Both the position numbers and the translations under genes were made by a program. The notes beneath the pieces were generated by a model. The model was given only the letters and a program-made list of their open reading frames with translations, was not told where the DNA came from and made no database searches. 50,944 nucleotides of DNA from Candidatus Dormiibacterota bacterium (GTDB taxonomy: Bacteria > Chloroflexota > Dormibacteria > Aeolococcales > Bog-877): positions 1 to 50,944 of the forward strand of contig JABEUU010000086.1 in the NCBI GenBank assembly GCA_013044295.1. Direction: 5' to 3'. Below, piece after piece: positions 1 through 8,258 of the stretch (positions within the stretch are counted from its first letter, which is position 1; the number at the start of each line of letters is the position of its first letter).

Positions 1-93
1 GGCGGGCGAGGTCCGCTTGCACACCGGGGGTCCAATCGCGCTATCTTGTTGGGAGAGGCGGTCCGCCGTTGTCGGCCGGGCCAGCTCATCGCA

Positions 94-129
94 GGCCTCA
101 GGTGAGGGAGTCTCCCAACCTGAGAGGCC
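94..129 (+). terminator. Nested GC-rich hairpin: possible intrinsic terminator of a gene truncated by the window edge, or a structured leader
   Basis: GGCCTCAGGT (94-103) pairs with ACCTGAG-a-GGCC (118-129), with inner GGGAG/CTCCC (106-116), followed by TTCATT. The frame-1 reading frame is open from nt 1 and stops at TGA 103-105. Confidence 0.25.
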
Positions 130-232
130 TTCATTGCCAAGCCCGGAAACGGCTGGTTCATAGCAGGCGGTTTCCTTCGGAGGAAGTGGCGCTCTGACGC
201 CCCCCAACCTGACCCTCGAACACCTTCACCTG

Positions 233-2806
233 GTGGTCCCCGAGAACTCGGAGGCGATGTCGTTCCTGGAAGCCCTGAACGGGCGCGAGAACGGCGACGC
301 GCGGAGCCACTTCGCCGAGCAGATCGGCTCCTTGGATGACTTCCTGGTCATCGCCGGTCCCGGCGATAACCCAGGGATCACCCTTCGCCTACCGGGGCTC
401 GACGTCAGCTGCGTGCCGGTGCGGCGCGCCCGAGCCCCCCGAGAGCGGGTGGCCCTGGAGGTCGAGTCGGTGCGGCCGGCGCCTCCTGACCGGGAAGATG
501 TCGGCCGGGGTTCGCTGCGAGTTCGCTGCGCCCAGCCCCTGGTCTCCTCCAAGGACGGCGCGGACACCGACACCTTCCACCTGCTCACCATGGCCAAGCT
601 GGCCCGTGGTTCCAAGCCACCGGACCCGATCCTGCTGCAGACCCTGGCCCTGGTGGATGGGCTGGAGACCGCGGAGCGCCTGCGGGCGGCCACCCAGCGG
701 ACGCCGTTCGACGGGGTGGTCGAGCTCCTGCGCTGCCGCACCTGCCGTGGCCTCTGGCGCCCCGATCAGGACGAGCGGTGCCCCTCCTGCGGTCGGGAGC
801 TGGGGGAGGACGATCGCCGCCGCCCGGAGGCGGGCCGACTTGAGTTCTCGATACCCAAGGCGCACCAGATCACCATCTCGGTGGATGCGGCGGTGATGAT
901 CGAACCGGAGGACGAGCCCCACTATCTGGGCCGCGTGACCAAGGTTGATCACCGCCGCCGGATCGTGGAGGTGGCCTGCAAGGCCTACCAGACCGCCGGC
1001 AGCGAGGGCTGGATCACCCCCTCCTTCAACAAGCAGCTGTATGCCAGCAAGCGAAGCACCCTGGCGTCGATCGCCGGTGGGGACAGCCGCAGCCTGCTGC
1101 TCGCCCAGTTGCTGATCGACCCCGCTTCCGTCTACGCTCCCGAGGCCGCCCCGCGCGGAGATTGGGTGACCGCCGGGATGCGCAGCAACCCGGCTCAGGA
1201 CCGCGCGATCGGGATCATGGTGGCGATGCAGGCGGGTCAGGCGGTGCTGATCCAGGGCCCGCCCGGCACCGGCAAGACCTCGGTCATCGTGGAGGCGATC
1301 AAGCACCGCCTGCGCGAGCGGCCCGGGGAGCGCATCCTGGTCTGCTCCCACAGCAACCTGGCGGTAGACAATGCCCTGGAGCGGCTCGCCGGCACCCCCT
1401 CGATGCGAGCGGTGCGGGTGGCCAAGGCGGAGCGGGTGCACCCGGCGGTCGACGCCTTCAGGGTCGAGGATGAAGACGACTCGCGTCTGGTCGACGCCAA
1501 CGTCTTCTTCGCCACCTGCGCCACCGCCGCCACCTCATCGATCACGACCGACGAGGCCTTCGACCTGGTCATTCTGGACGAGGCCAACAAGGCCCGGATA
1601 GATGAGGCGCTTCCCTGCCTGCGTCTGGGTGCAGCGGTGGTGCTGGTCGGGGACCACAAGCAGCTACCCCCGGTGGAGGACGACGCCATCTACCAGATCG
1701 TGGACGACCGTCCCGAGCTGGAGGAGATCATCGACACCAGCCTCTTCGAGCGCTGCTGGGACGGAGGGGTACCCGACCAAGCTCGCTGTCTGCTGGTGGA
1801 GCAGCACCGGATGCACCCGGAGATCTCCCAGTACATCAGCTCGGCCTCCTACGAAAACCACCTGGAGAACGCCCCGGAGGTGCTCGACTACGACTACGTG
1901 ACGCGGCGGCCATTTCCGGTCGCCCTGCACATGGTGGACACCGCGGGCCTGCGCGGAGGTCGCGAGCGGCGGGGGGCCGGGGGCGCTCTCCGCAACGATG
2001 CCGAGGTCAAGGTCTGCGCCCAAGTGGTGCGGCTCCTGGATGAGCGGGTCGATCCCTCCCTATCGCTGGCCGTGATCGCCATGTACGCGGATCAGGTCGA
2101 CCACATCCGCCGGTCTCTCAGTCGGCGCCACTTCCGCCGCCAGGTGCGCATCGACACCGTCGACTCCTTCGAGGGACGCGAGGAGGACATGGTGGTGATC
2201 TCCCTGGTGCGGAGCAACGAACGCGGGCGAATCGGCTTCCTGCGGGTCCCCAACCGCCTCAACGTGGCCATTTCCCGCGCCCGGCGCCTGGTCGTGTGCG
2301 TCGGCGACGCCGCCACCCTCAGGGCCGGCGAAGAGACCATGTACGGCCGCCTGGTGGAGGCCGCCCAGGCCTGCGGGGGCTACCTCAAGGCGACCGAGTT
2401 GCTGGGTGGGGCGCGCGGGTCGAGGCCCCGATCCCAGCCGCGCCGCCCCGCCGAGGTCGCTGGGGAGGGCGTCCAGCCCAATCGCCGCCGCCGTCGTCGT
2501 CGCCGCCCCCATGGAGCCGTGGCCGCGCCCGGGACCGCCCCGACGGACGGCACCGCGCCCACGGACGGCGCCACCCCTCAGCCAGCCCGCAAGCGGCACC
2601 GCCGCCGCCGCCGGCCGCCCGGCTCGCCAGCACCACTTCCAGTGGATGGCGTCGCGGGCAGCGCTGCGGCCGGCTCGGCGCCGCCGCGCCCGGAGGGGCA
2701 GCCACATCGGCGAAGCCGCCATCGACGGCGTGGACCGCGCCCTCAGGCGGGACCGGGGCTGCCCTTTGAGACCGGCGTCAACAGCTCGGAAGGAGGCGCG
2801 CCATGA
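233..2806 (+). CDS. Superfamily-1 helicase (Upf1/DNA2-like, AAA_11/AAA_12 type) with an N-terminal Cys4 zinc ribbon and an Arg-rich C-terminal tail
   Basis: Walker A is GPPGTGKTS, Walker B is LVILDEANKA, and other motifs are VLVGDHKQLPP, VDSFEGREEDMVVISLVRSN and RLNVAISRARRLVV. The zinc ribbon is CRTC-x11-CPSC (about nt 734-793). The stop overlaps the hbd start (ATGA 2803-2806). The start is uncertain (GTG 233 or ATG 257). Confidence 0.85.
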   Translation: MVPENSEAMSFLEALNGRENGDARSHFAEQIGSLDDFLVIAGPGDNPGITLRLPGLDVSCVPVRRARAPRERVALEVESVRPAPPDREDVGRGSLRVRCAQPLVSSKDGADTDTFHLLTMAKLARGSKPPDPILLQTLALVDGLETAERLRAATQRTPFDGVVELLRCRTCRGLWRPDQDERCPSCGRELGEDDRRRPEAGRLEFSIPKAHQITISVDAAVMIEPEDEPHYLGRVTKVDHRRRIVEVACKAYQTAGSEGWITPSFNKQLYASKRSTLASIAGGDSRSLLLAQLLIDPASVYAPEAAPRGDWVTAGMRSNPAQDRAIGIMVAMQAGQAVLIQGPPGTGKTSVIVEAIKHRLRERPGERILVCSHSNLAVDNALERLAGTPSMRAVRVAKAERVHPAVDAFRVEDEDDSRLVDANVFFATCATAATSSITTDEAFDLVILDEANKARIDEALPCLRLGAAVVLVGDHKQLPPVEDDAIYQIVDDRPELEEIIDTSLFERCWDGGVPDQARCLLVEQHRMHPEISQYISSASYENHLENAPEVLDYDYVTRRPFPVALHMVDTAGLRGGRERRGAGGALRNDAEVKVCAQVVRLLDERVDPSLSLAVIAMYADQVDHIRRSLSRRHFRRQVRIDTVDSFEGREEDMVVISLVRSNERGRIGFLRVPNRLNVAISRARRLVVCVGDAATLRAGEETMYGRLVEAAQACGGYLKATELLGGARGSRPRSQPRRPAEVAGEGVQPNRRRRRRRRPHGAVAAPGTAPTDGTAPTDGATPQPARKRHRRRRRPPGSPAPLPVDGVAGSAAAGSAPPRPEGQPHRRSRHRRRGPRPQAGPGLPFETGVNSSEGGAP

Positions 2807-3666
2807 GTGAGTCCGGGATATCGTCGCTGTTCGTCGCGGGCGCCGGTCTGATGGGCTCTGGCATCGCTCACACGGCCGCCCAGAGTGGGGTGAGAGTAGC
2901 TCTCTACGACGCGGCGGAAGGAGCGGCCGAGCGCGCCATCGGCCGGATCGGCGATCGGCTGGCGCGGGCGGAACAATCGGGCCAGCTGGCGGCCGGTGCC
3001 GCCGCCAACACTGTGGAGAACCTCCGGGCGGTCGCCGACCCCGGGGCCGCTGCGGACACCCAGATGGTCATCGAGGCCATCTCGGAACAGCTGGAGGTCA
3101 AGCTCGCTTTCTGGTCCACCATGGACCAAATCTGCCCTGATCCGGTGCTCTTCGCCAGCAACACCTCATCGATCCCGATCACCCGCCTGGCCGCCACCAC
3201 CACCCGGCCGGAGCAGTTCATCGGGATGCACTTCTACAGCCCGGTTCCGGTCATGGAGCTGGTCGAGCTGGTCCGCGGGCTGCTCACCTCGGACGCCACC
3301 TACGCCACCGTGGAGCGCCTCTCACGGGACTTGGGCAAGAGCCCGGTCAGCTCCGCCGACACCCCGGGCTTCATCGGCAATCGCATCCTGATCCCCTTCC
3401 TGAATGAGGCCATGCAGGCGCTCCAGGAGGGGGTGGGCTCCGCGAAGGACATCGACCAGGTGGCCAAGCTCGGCTTCCGGCACCCGATGGGCCCGCTGGA
3501 GCTGGCCGACTTCATCGGTTTGGATGTCATCCTGGGCATCTGCAAGGTAATGTACGAAGGCCTGCACGACTCCCGCTACGCCCCCAACCCAATCCTCGAG
3601 CGCATGGTCGAAGCGGGCCATCTCGGCCGCAAGAGCGGGCGGGGCTTTCACAACTACAGCGGCTGA
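2803..3666 (+). CDS. hbd: 3-hydroxybutyryl-CoA / 3-hydroxyacyl-CoA dehydrogenase
   Basis: An N-terminal Rossmann motif VAGAGLMGSGIA is present. Family motifs are NTSS, HFYSPVPVMELVELV, DTPGFIGNRIL and FRHPMGPLELADFIGLDV. Confidence 0.9.
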   Translation: MSESGISSLFVAGAGLMGSGIAHTAAQSGVRVALYDAAEGAAERAIGRIGDRLARAEQSGQLAAGAAANTVENLRAVADPGAAADTQMVIEAISEQLEVKLAFWSTMDQICPDPVLFASNTSSIPITRLAATTTRPEQFIGMHFYSPVPVMELVELVRGLLTSDATYATVERLSRDLGKSPVSSADTPGFIGNRILIPFLNEAMQALQEGVGSAKDIDQVAKLGFRHPMGPLELADFIGLDVILGICKVMYEGLHDSRYAPNPILERMVEAGHLGRKSGRGFHNYSG

Positions 3667-3691
3667 TCCGGGCCTGCCGGCTCCGCCCCGG

Positions 3692-4774
3692 TCAGTCGGC
3701 CCGGAGCGCCTCCGCCAGGAACCGGATCCCGATCGGATAGCGGTATTCGATCCCACCATGACCGCCGTCGAACAGCTCCAGGTGAACCCCCTTCACCCCG
3801 ATCTCCTCCAGGCTGGCCTTGACCGCGACCGCGCCCACCTCGAGGAAGTACTCATCGGAGCGGCCCCCGTCCAGATACACGGCACGCAGGCTCTGGGCGG
3901 CCTGATGGCGACGCGCCATCAGGCGGACCGGGTCCCACTCCAACCAGCGCTCCCAAACCGCTTTCCGGATCGCCCCGGTGGCGGGGTCGAAGGGAAGCTC
4001 GGGGATTCCGTCCGCTCGCGCCGAGTAGCAGGCCGCCATCGCGTAGACGTTGACCAGCGGCCCGTCCCCGGGCTTGGAGATACCGGCCCGCGACTGGAAG
4101 TCCTCCCGAAAGCGCTCGATCGACCCCTGGTAGTGGTCGCGCAGGCTGCGCACCACCTGGGGGAACTCGGGGAGATAGCAGTACTCGAACAGGGCGTCGC
4201 CGGCGTGGCTGGCGAGGCCGGAGAAGAGGTCCGGCCGCAGCAGCGGTGTCACCATCGCCCCGTAGCCACCGCTGGACTTCCCGGCTACCCCGCGGTGCTC
4301 GCGGGCGGCCAGGGTGCGGAACTCCGCGTCCACCGCCGGAACTACTTCCTCGCACAGATAGCTGTGGTAGTTGCCGGTCCCCGGGGAGTCCAGGAACTGG
4401 CTGCCGCCAAGTCGGGTCCAGCAGTCGACGAAGACCAGGATGGTGGGCGGCACGGCCGGATCCGAGAACAGCTCGTCGTAGAGCTCCAGGGGACTCTTGC
4501 GGAAGGGACTGCGGTTCCTCCACATGTCAAGCTGGCCGGTCATGCCCTGGAGGACGTAGATCACCGGGAACCGCTCCGTCAGCGACTCTCGGTAGGCGGG
4601 AGGCAAGTAGATCCACACCGGACGCTCGGCGGGATCGCCCAGCGGGTTGGCTTTCAGCAGCTCGCTGGAGATGATCATCTCGCGGAGCTCGCCGGATCCG
4701 GGCCAGCTCCATGGCGGGCCCAGATCCCCGCCCGAACGTAGCCGGGGAACGCCAGACCCCCCTTCCTCTGCCAT
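3692..4774 (-). CDS. Putative esterase family alpha/beta hydrolase (esterase D / enterochelin-esterase-like)
   Basis: The nucleophile elbow is GKSSGGYGA and the family-like N-terminus is PVWIYLPPAY...FPVIYVLQG. ATG 4774 has an AGGAGGG SD 6 nt upstream. An alternative ATG lies at 4678. Confidence 0.7.
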   Translation of the reverse strand: MAEEGGSGVPRLRSGGDLGPPWSWPGSGELREMIISSELLKANPLGDPAERPVWIYLPPAYRESLTERFPVIYVLQGMTGQLDMWRNRSPFRKSPLELYDELFSDPAVPPTILVFVDCWTRLGGSQFLDSPGTGNYHSYLCEEVVPAVDAEFRTLAAREHRGVAGKSSGGYGAMVTPLLRPDLFSGLASHAGDALFEYCYLPEFPQVVRSLRDHYQGSIERFREDFQSRAGISKPGDGPLVNVYAMAACYSARADGIPELPFDPATGAIRKAVWERWLEWDPVRLMARRHQAAQSLRAVYLDGGRSDEYFLEVGAVAVKASLEEIGVKGVHLELFDGGHGGIEYRYPIGIRFLAEALRAD

Positions 4775-4822
4775 GTCCAGCCCTCCTGCCCCGTTCCTGC
4801 CCGATCAGGATAGCCCACCACC

Positions 4823-5461
4823 TCAGGCAGAATCGGCCGCCCCCGAGCCCAGCAACGGAACGAACCGGCAGGGGCCGAGGTCGCGGCGCTCAAAGCCGGC
4901 CTCGCCGCGCCCGAGCACCCAGAGGCGCTGCTCCTCCGGGGTGCCCAGGGGCGCCACCAGCCGACCGCCAACCCGGAGCTGCCAGAGGAGCGCCTCTGGG
5001 AGCTCGGGGGCGGCGGCGGAGATGACCACGGCGTCGAAGGGAGCCCGGTCCGGGGCCCCAGACCGGCCATCGCCGACCCGGACCTCGATCCCGGTCACCC
5101 CCGCGCCGTTGAGGTTGCGGCGGCAGATGGCGGCCAGCTCCGGCACCAGCTCCACCGCGGTCACCCGGGTGGCACCGGCGGCGCGCAGGACCGCGGCCAG
5201 GTAGCCACTGCCGGCGCCGACTTCCAGCACCGCGTCCAGCTTCACCCCGGCCAGCGCGGCCACGGTCATCCCGACGATCTGCGGCTGCGAACAGGTCTGA
5301 CCCCAACCGATTGCCAGGGCCCGGTTCTGGTCGGCGAACCGGGCCGACTCCGGAGGCAGGAACTGCTCCCGTCGCACCGACCCCAGCGCGGCGAGTACCG
5401 CCGGATCGGAGAGCCCGCTTCGGCGCAGGTCCTCCAGCAGCACCTGACCGCGGCCGCTCAT
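4823..5461 (-). CDS. pcm: Protein-L-isoaspartate O-methyltransferase
   Basis: The SAM motif VLEVGAGSGYLAAVL is present, plus TCSQPQIVG and the C-terminal FVPL. The start forms an ATGA overlap with the upstream gene stop (5458-5461). Confidence 0.9.
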   Translation of the reverse strand: MSGRGQVLLEDLRRSGLSDPAVLAALGSVRREQFLPPESARFADQNRALAIGWGQTCSQPQIVGMTVAALAGVKLDAVLEVGAGSGYLAAVLRAAGATRVTAVELVPELAAICRRNLNGAGVTGIEVRVGDGRSGAPDRAPFDAVVISAAAPELPEALLWQLRVGGRLVAPLGTPEEQRLWVLGRGEAGFERRDLGPCRFVPLLGSGAADSA

Positions 5462-6165
5462 CCGGCGCTCAGGATCTGGATGCAGTGGTTGACGTCCTCG
5501 GCGTACAGATGCCGGGGTGGCTGGGCTGGCAGCGCACCTTTGGCCACCGGAAGGTAGAACCCAAACTGGGGCGCGGGATTAACCACCGCCACCCGGACCG
5601 CCGGGTTGACGGGTGGGAAGACCGCGATCAGCCAAACGTAGGCGCCCGGGTTGACATTGGCCGAGCACACGTCCAGCCGGTTGTTGGAGAGCACCACGAT
5701 CGGCCGGATCGGCTCGTAGTAGGTTCGCTGCAGGGCAGTGGTGAGGCCGGCCGGATCCAGCTTCGCCGTCAGGGCCGACTCCAGCACGGTCTGGGTGAGC
5801 CCCACCCCGCAAGTGGACGCCCCCGGGTTGCTGGCCAGAGCCACCACCTCCAGCAGCGGGCCCAGTCCGCTCAGGCTGCGGGCGTCCCTGGCGTCCGCAG
5901 CGGGCAGCAGGGGCAGGATGTCCCGGAGTGGGACCTGGCGCACGTAGTAGAAGGAGATCTTGGTGTTGTCGACGTAGAAGCCCCCGTCGGGGCTGCAGCT
6001 GTCGGTGCCGGCCTGCAAGGGACGGGCGTTCTGGCGGGCCGGGAGACCGGACACCAGAGCCTGGACGGCCCCGGCCGCGCTGTTGCCGCTACTGGCGCAG
6101 GAGCTCAGCAGGAGCGCTGCCAGCAGCCCGCCCCCAAGCTTCGCCCAGCGCCTGTGTCTGGCCAC
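5458..6165 (-). CDS. Hypothetical lipoprotein
   Basis: The N-terminus MARHRRWAKLGGGLLAALLLSSC has a positive n-region, a hydrophobic core and a lipobox Cys. It is coupled by ATGA to pcm. No family was recognised. Confidence 0.55.
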   Translation of the reverse strand: MARHRRWAKLGGGLLAALLLSSCASSGNSAAGAVQALVSGLPARQNARPLQAGTDSCSPDGGFYVDNTKISFYYVRQVPLRDILPLLPAADARDARSLSGLGPLLEVVALASNPGASTCGVGLTQTVLESALTAKLDPAGLTTALQRTYYEPIRPIVVLSNNRLDVCSANVNPGAYVWLIAVFPPVNPAVRVAVVNPAPQFGFYLPVAKGALPAQPPRHLYAEDVNHCIQILSAG

Positions 6166-6189
6166 CTGGTCCAGCCTACCGGGCCCGGG

Positions 6190-6777
6190 TCACTGGCCCT
6201 GCTCGTCCGCCCCTTCCCCGTCGGGGATCAGTTCGGAGCGGGTGAAGAGCGAGCGGAGCTGGTATCCGGCTTGCTCGACTTTGGCTCGGCCGCCCTCCTC
6301 CCGATCCAGCAGGGTGTAGATGGCCACGATTCGGGCCCCCGTCTCAGCCACCTTCGCTGCCGCCGCCAGGAGTGAGCCGCCGGTGGTCAGGGCGTCGTCA
6401 ACCAGGGCCACCCGTTCCCCGGCCCCGGGCTCGGGTCCAGCAAAGCTGCCCCCAGCCCCGTGGTCCTTGGATTCCTTGCGCACGATGAAGGCGCCGACTC
6501 TGGCTCCCTGGTCCAGAGCGCTGCAGAGGGCTATGGCGGTCACCATGGGGTCGGCGCCCAGGGTCGGGCCCCCAACCCTGACCACGCCGTCCTCCCGGGC
6601 CCAGCCGGCCATCTCCCGCCCGATGAGCAAGGCGCCCAGGGGGTCGAGCGTGACCAGTCGGCCGTCGAAGTAGTAGCGGCTTCGCCGGCCGCTGGTGAGC
6701 AGGAAATCGCCCACCCGGAAGGCCCGGTCGAGCATCAGATCCAGCAGCGCCTTGCGGTCGCCCGCCGACAGCGTCAA
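6190..6777 (-). CDS. pyrE: Orotate phosphoribosyltransferase
   Basis: The PRPP-binding loop is RVALVDDALTTGGS, and FLLTSGRRSRYYFD is present. The TTG start overlaps the gcvPB stop (TTGA 6774-6777). Confidence 0.9.
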   Translation of the reverse strand: MTLSAGDRKALLDLMLDRAFRVGDFLLTSGRRSRYYFDGRLVTLDPLGALLIGREMAGWAREDGVVRVGGPTLGADPMVTAIALCSALDQGARVGAFIVRKESKDHGAGGSFAGPEPGAGERVALVDDALTTGGSLLAAAAKVAETGARIVAIYTLLDREEGGRAKVEQAGYQLRSLFTRSELIPDGEGADEQGQ

Positions 6778-8258
6778 CTGACGGCTTCTGCCTGGCGCCA
6801 GCGCAGTACCAGATGCCGCGCCGCCTGGACCTCATCCACCCGCCCGACCGGGGCGTTGTGAGGCGCCCGGAGGAGCGTCTCGGGCTCTTTCTTGCCCTCC
6901 TCCAGGATCGTGATCACGATCTCGGCGAGCTGGTCCAGAGCCCGCTTGGACTCAGTTTCCGTGGGCTCGAACATCATCGCCTCAGGGACCGTGATGGGGA
7001 AGTACACCGTGGGCGGGTGGACCCCATAGTCGATCATCCGCTTGGCGACGTCGAGGGCCCGCAGCTCGGCGTAGTCGGAGCCCTTGGGAGTGGCCACGAA
7101 CTCGTGGAAGCTGTCGGTCGGAACTGCGGTCGGCAGGTGCCCGCTGAGGCGGTGGCGCAGGTAGCGGGCGTTCAGGACCGCGTCCTGGGCCACCTGCCCG
7201 ATCTCGTCCCCATAGGCGCGGATGTAGGCGTAGGCCCGTACCAGCATGCCGAAGTTGCCGTAGAACGAGCGCACTTTGCCGATGCTGTGAGGTTGCTCTT
7301 GGTCGAGCTCGAACCGGTCGCCCCGGCGCGCCACCCGAGGCACCGGGAGGAACTTGGCCAGCTCGCCGGCGACCCCTACCGGCCCGGCCCCCGGGCCACC
7401 TCCTCCGTGGGGCGTCGAGAAGGTCTTGTGAAGGTTCAGATGCACCACGTCGAACCCCATGTCGCCCGGCCGCGCCATCCCCACCAGGGCGTTCAGGTTG
7501 GCGCCGTCGTAGTAGACCAGCGCCCCCGCCTCGTGGGCAAGGCGCGCCATCTCCTCAATGTTCCGCTCGAAGATCCCCAGCGTGTTGGGATTGGTCAGCA
7601 TCACCGCGGCCACCGTCGGCCCCAGCTTGGCCCGCAGGTCGTCCAGATCCACCGTGCCATCCCCCGCGCTCTTGACCGTGATCACCGAGTAGCCGCACTG
7701 GACGGCGCTGGCGGGGTTGGTGCCGTGGGCGGTGTCCGGGATGATCACCGCGGTGCGCTGGTGATCCTCTCGACTGAGGTGGTAAGCCTCGATCATGCGC
7801 AGTCCGGTCCACTCCCCATGGGCGCCGGCGGCCGGCTGGAGGGAGACTGCGGCCATGCCCGTGATCTGACAGAGGTACTGCTCGAGCTGCCACATCAACT
7901 CCAGCGCGCCCTGGATCGAGGCCACCGGCTGCCAGGGGTGCAGGTCGCTGAATCCGGCCAGGTTGGCCGCCTGCTCGTTGATGGCGGGGTTGTACTTCAT
8001 GGTGCAAGATCCCAGCGGATAGGGTCCTTGCTGGAGGTTGTGGTTACGCCGGGCCAGACGTCCGAAGTGGCGGGCCAACTCCGGCTCGTTGAGGGCGGGG
8101 ATGTGGGCCCGTCGGCGCCGCCGGAGAGCAACCGGGAGGTCGTCGTCGATCCCCGGAGCGCTCACCCCGGCGCTGGGCAGACGGGGCGCTCGGTCGGGGT
8201 CCTGCGCCAGCTCGAACAAGAGCGGTTCCTCGCCCGCCCAGCTCGGCTGCTCGATCAC
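6774..8258 (-). CDS. gcvPB: Glycine dehydrogenase (decarboxylating) subunit 2
   Basis: The PLP-lysine region is HLNLHKTFSTPHGGGGPG, and GSCTMKYNP and IPDTAHGTNPAS are present. I trimmed the 885-aa track ORF to GTG 8258, which overlaps the gcvPA stop (GTGA). Upstream of that point the ORF is out-of-frame overlap with gcvPA. Confidence 0.9.
   Translation of the reverse strand: MIEQPSWAGEEPLLFELAQDPDRAPRLPSAGVSAPGIDDDLPVALRRRRRAHIPALNEPELARHFGRLARRNHNLQQGPYPLGSCTMKYNPAINEQAANLAGFSDLHPWQPVASIQGALELMWQLEQYLCQITGMAAVSLQPAAGAHGEWTGLRMIEAYHLSREDHQRTAVIIPDTAHGTNPASAVQCGYSVITVKSAGDGTVDLDDLRAKLGPTVAAVMLTNPNTLGIFERNIEEMARLAHEAGALVYYDGANLNALVGMARPGDMGFDVVHLNLHKTFSTPHGGGGPGAGPVGVAGELAKFLPVPRVARRGDRFELDQEQPHSIGKVRSFYGNFGMLVRAYAYIRAYGDEIGQVAQDAVLNARYLRHRLSGHLPTAVPTDSFHEFVATPKGSDYAELRALDVAKRMIDYGVHPPTVYFPITVPEAMMFEPTETESKRALDQLAEIVITILEEGKKEPETLLRAPHNAPVGRVDEVQAARHLVLRWRQAEAVS

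Noticed and set aside
1-232. A possible glycine riboswitch or other known riboswitch, suggested by GGGAGAG...CGCCG...CTCAGG in the window leader, and also considered for the region upstream of the gcv operon (11806-11874).
   Set aside because: The similarity is limited to a few short words. The conserved CCGAAGG-GCAA and GGAC elements are missing. The downstream gene is a helicase, and the gcv-operon leader is only about 70 bp and appears leaderless.
389-1441. Long ORFs antisense to clearly homologous genes. Examples are 389-1441(-), 6813-8315(+), 10229-11323(+), 15035-15790(-), 15899-17068(-), 17545-18195(-), 18309-18992(-), 19223-19879(-), 20891-21820(+), 23394-24416(+), 25385-26536(-), 27078-27707(-), 33839-34948(+), 36625-37635(+), 38053-39339(-), 40100-41386(+), 42254-43684(-), 44720-45847(+), 46343-47455(+) and 47784-48839(-).
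   Set aside because: Their translations are R/P/G/A-rich with no recognisable motifs. Each lies opposite a gene with strong family signatures. Stop-codon-poor antisense frames are expected in high-GC DNA.
2484-2575. A tandem or low-complexity DNA repeat (a CGC/CGT run and an 18-bp imperfect duplication) considered as a possible CRISPR or VNTR.
   Set aside because: There are only two imperfect units with no spacers. The repeat lies inside an ORF and encodes poly-Arg and APTDGT repeats. No CRISPR-like array exists anywhere in the window.
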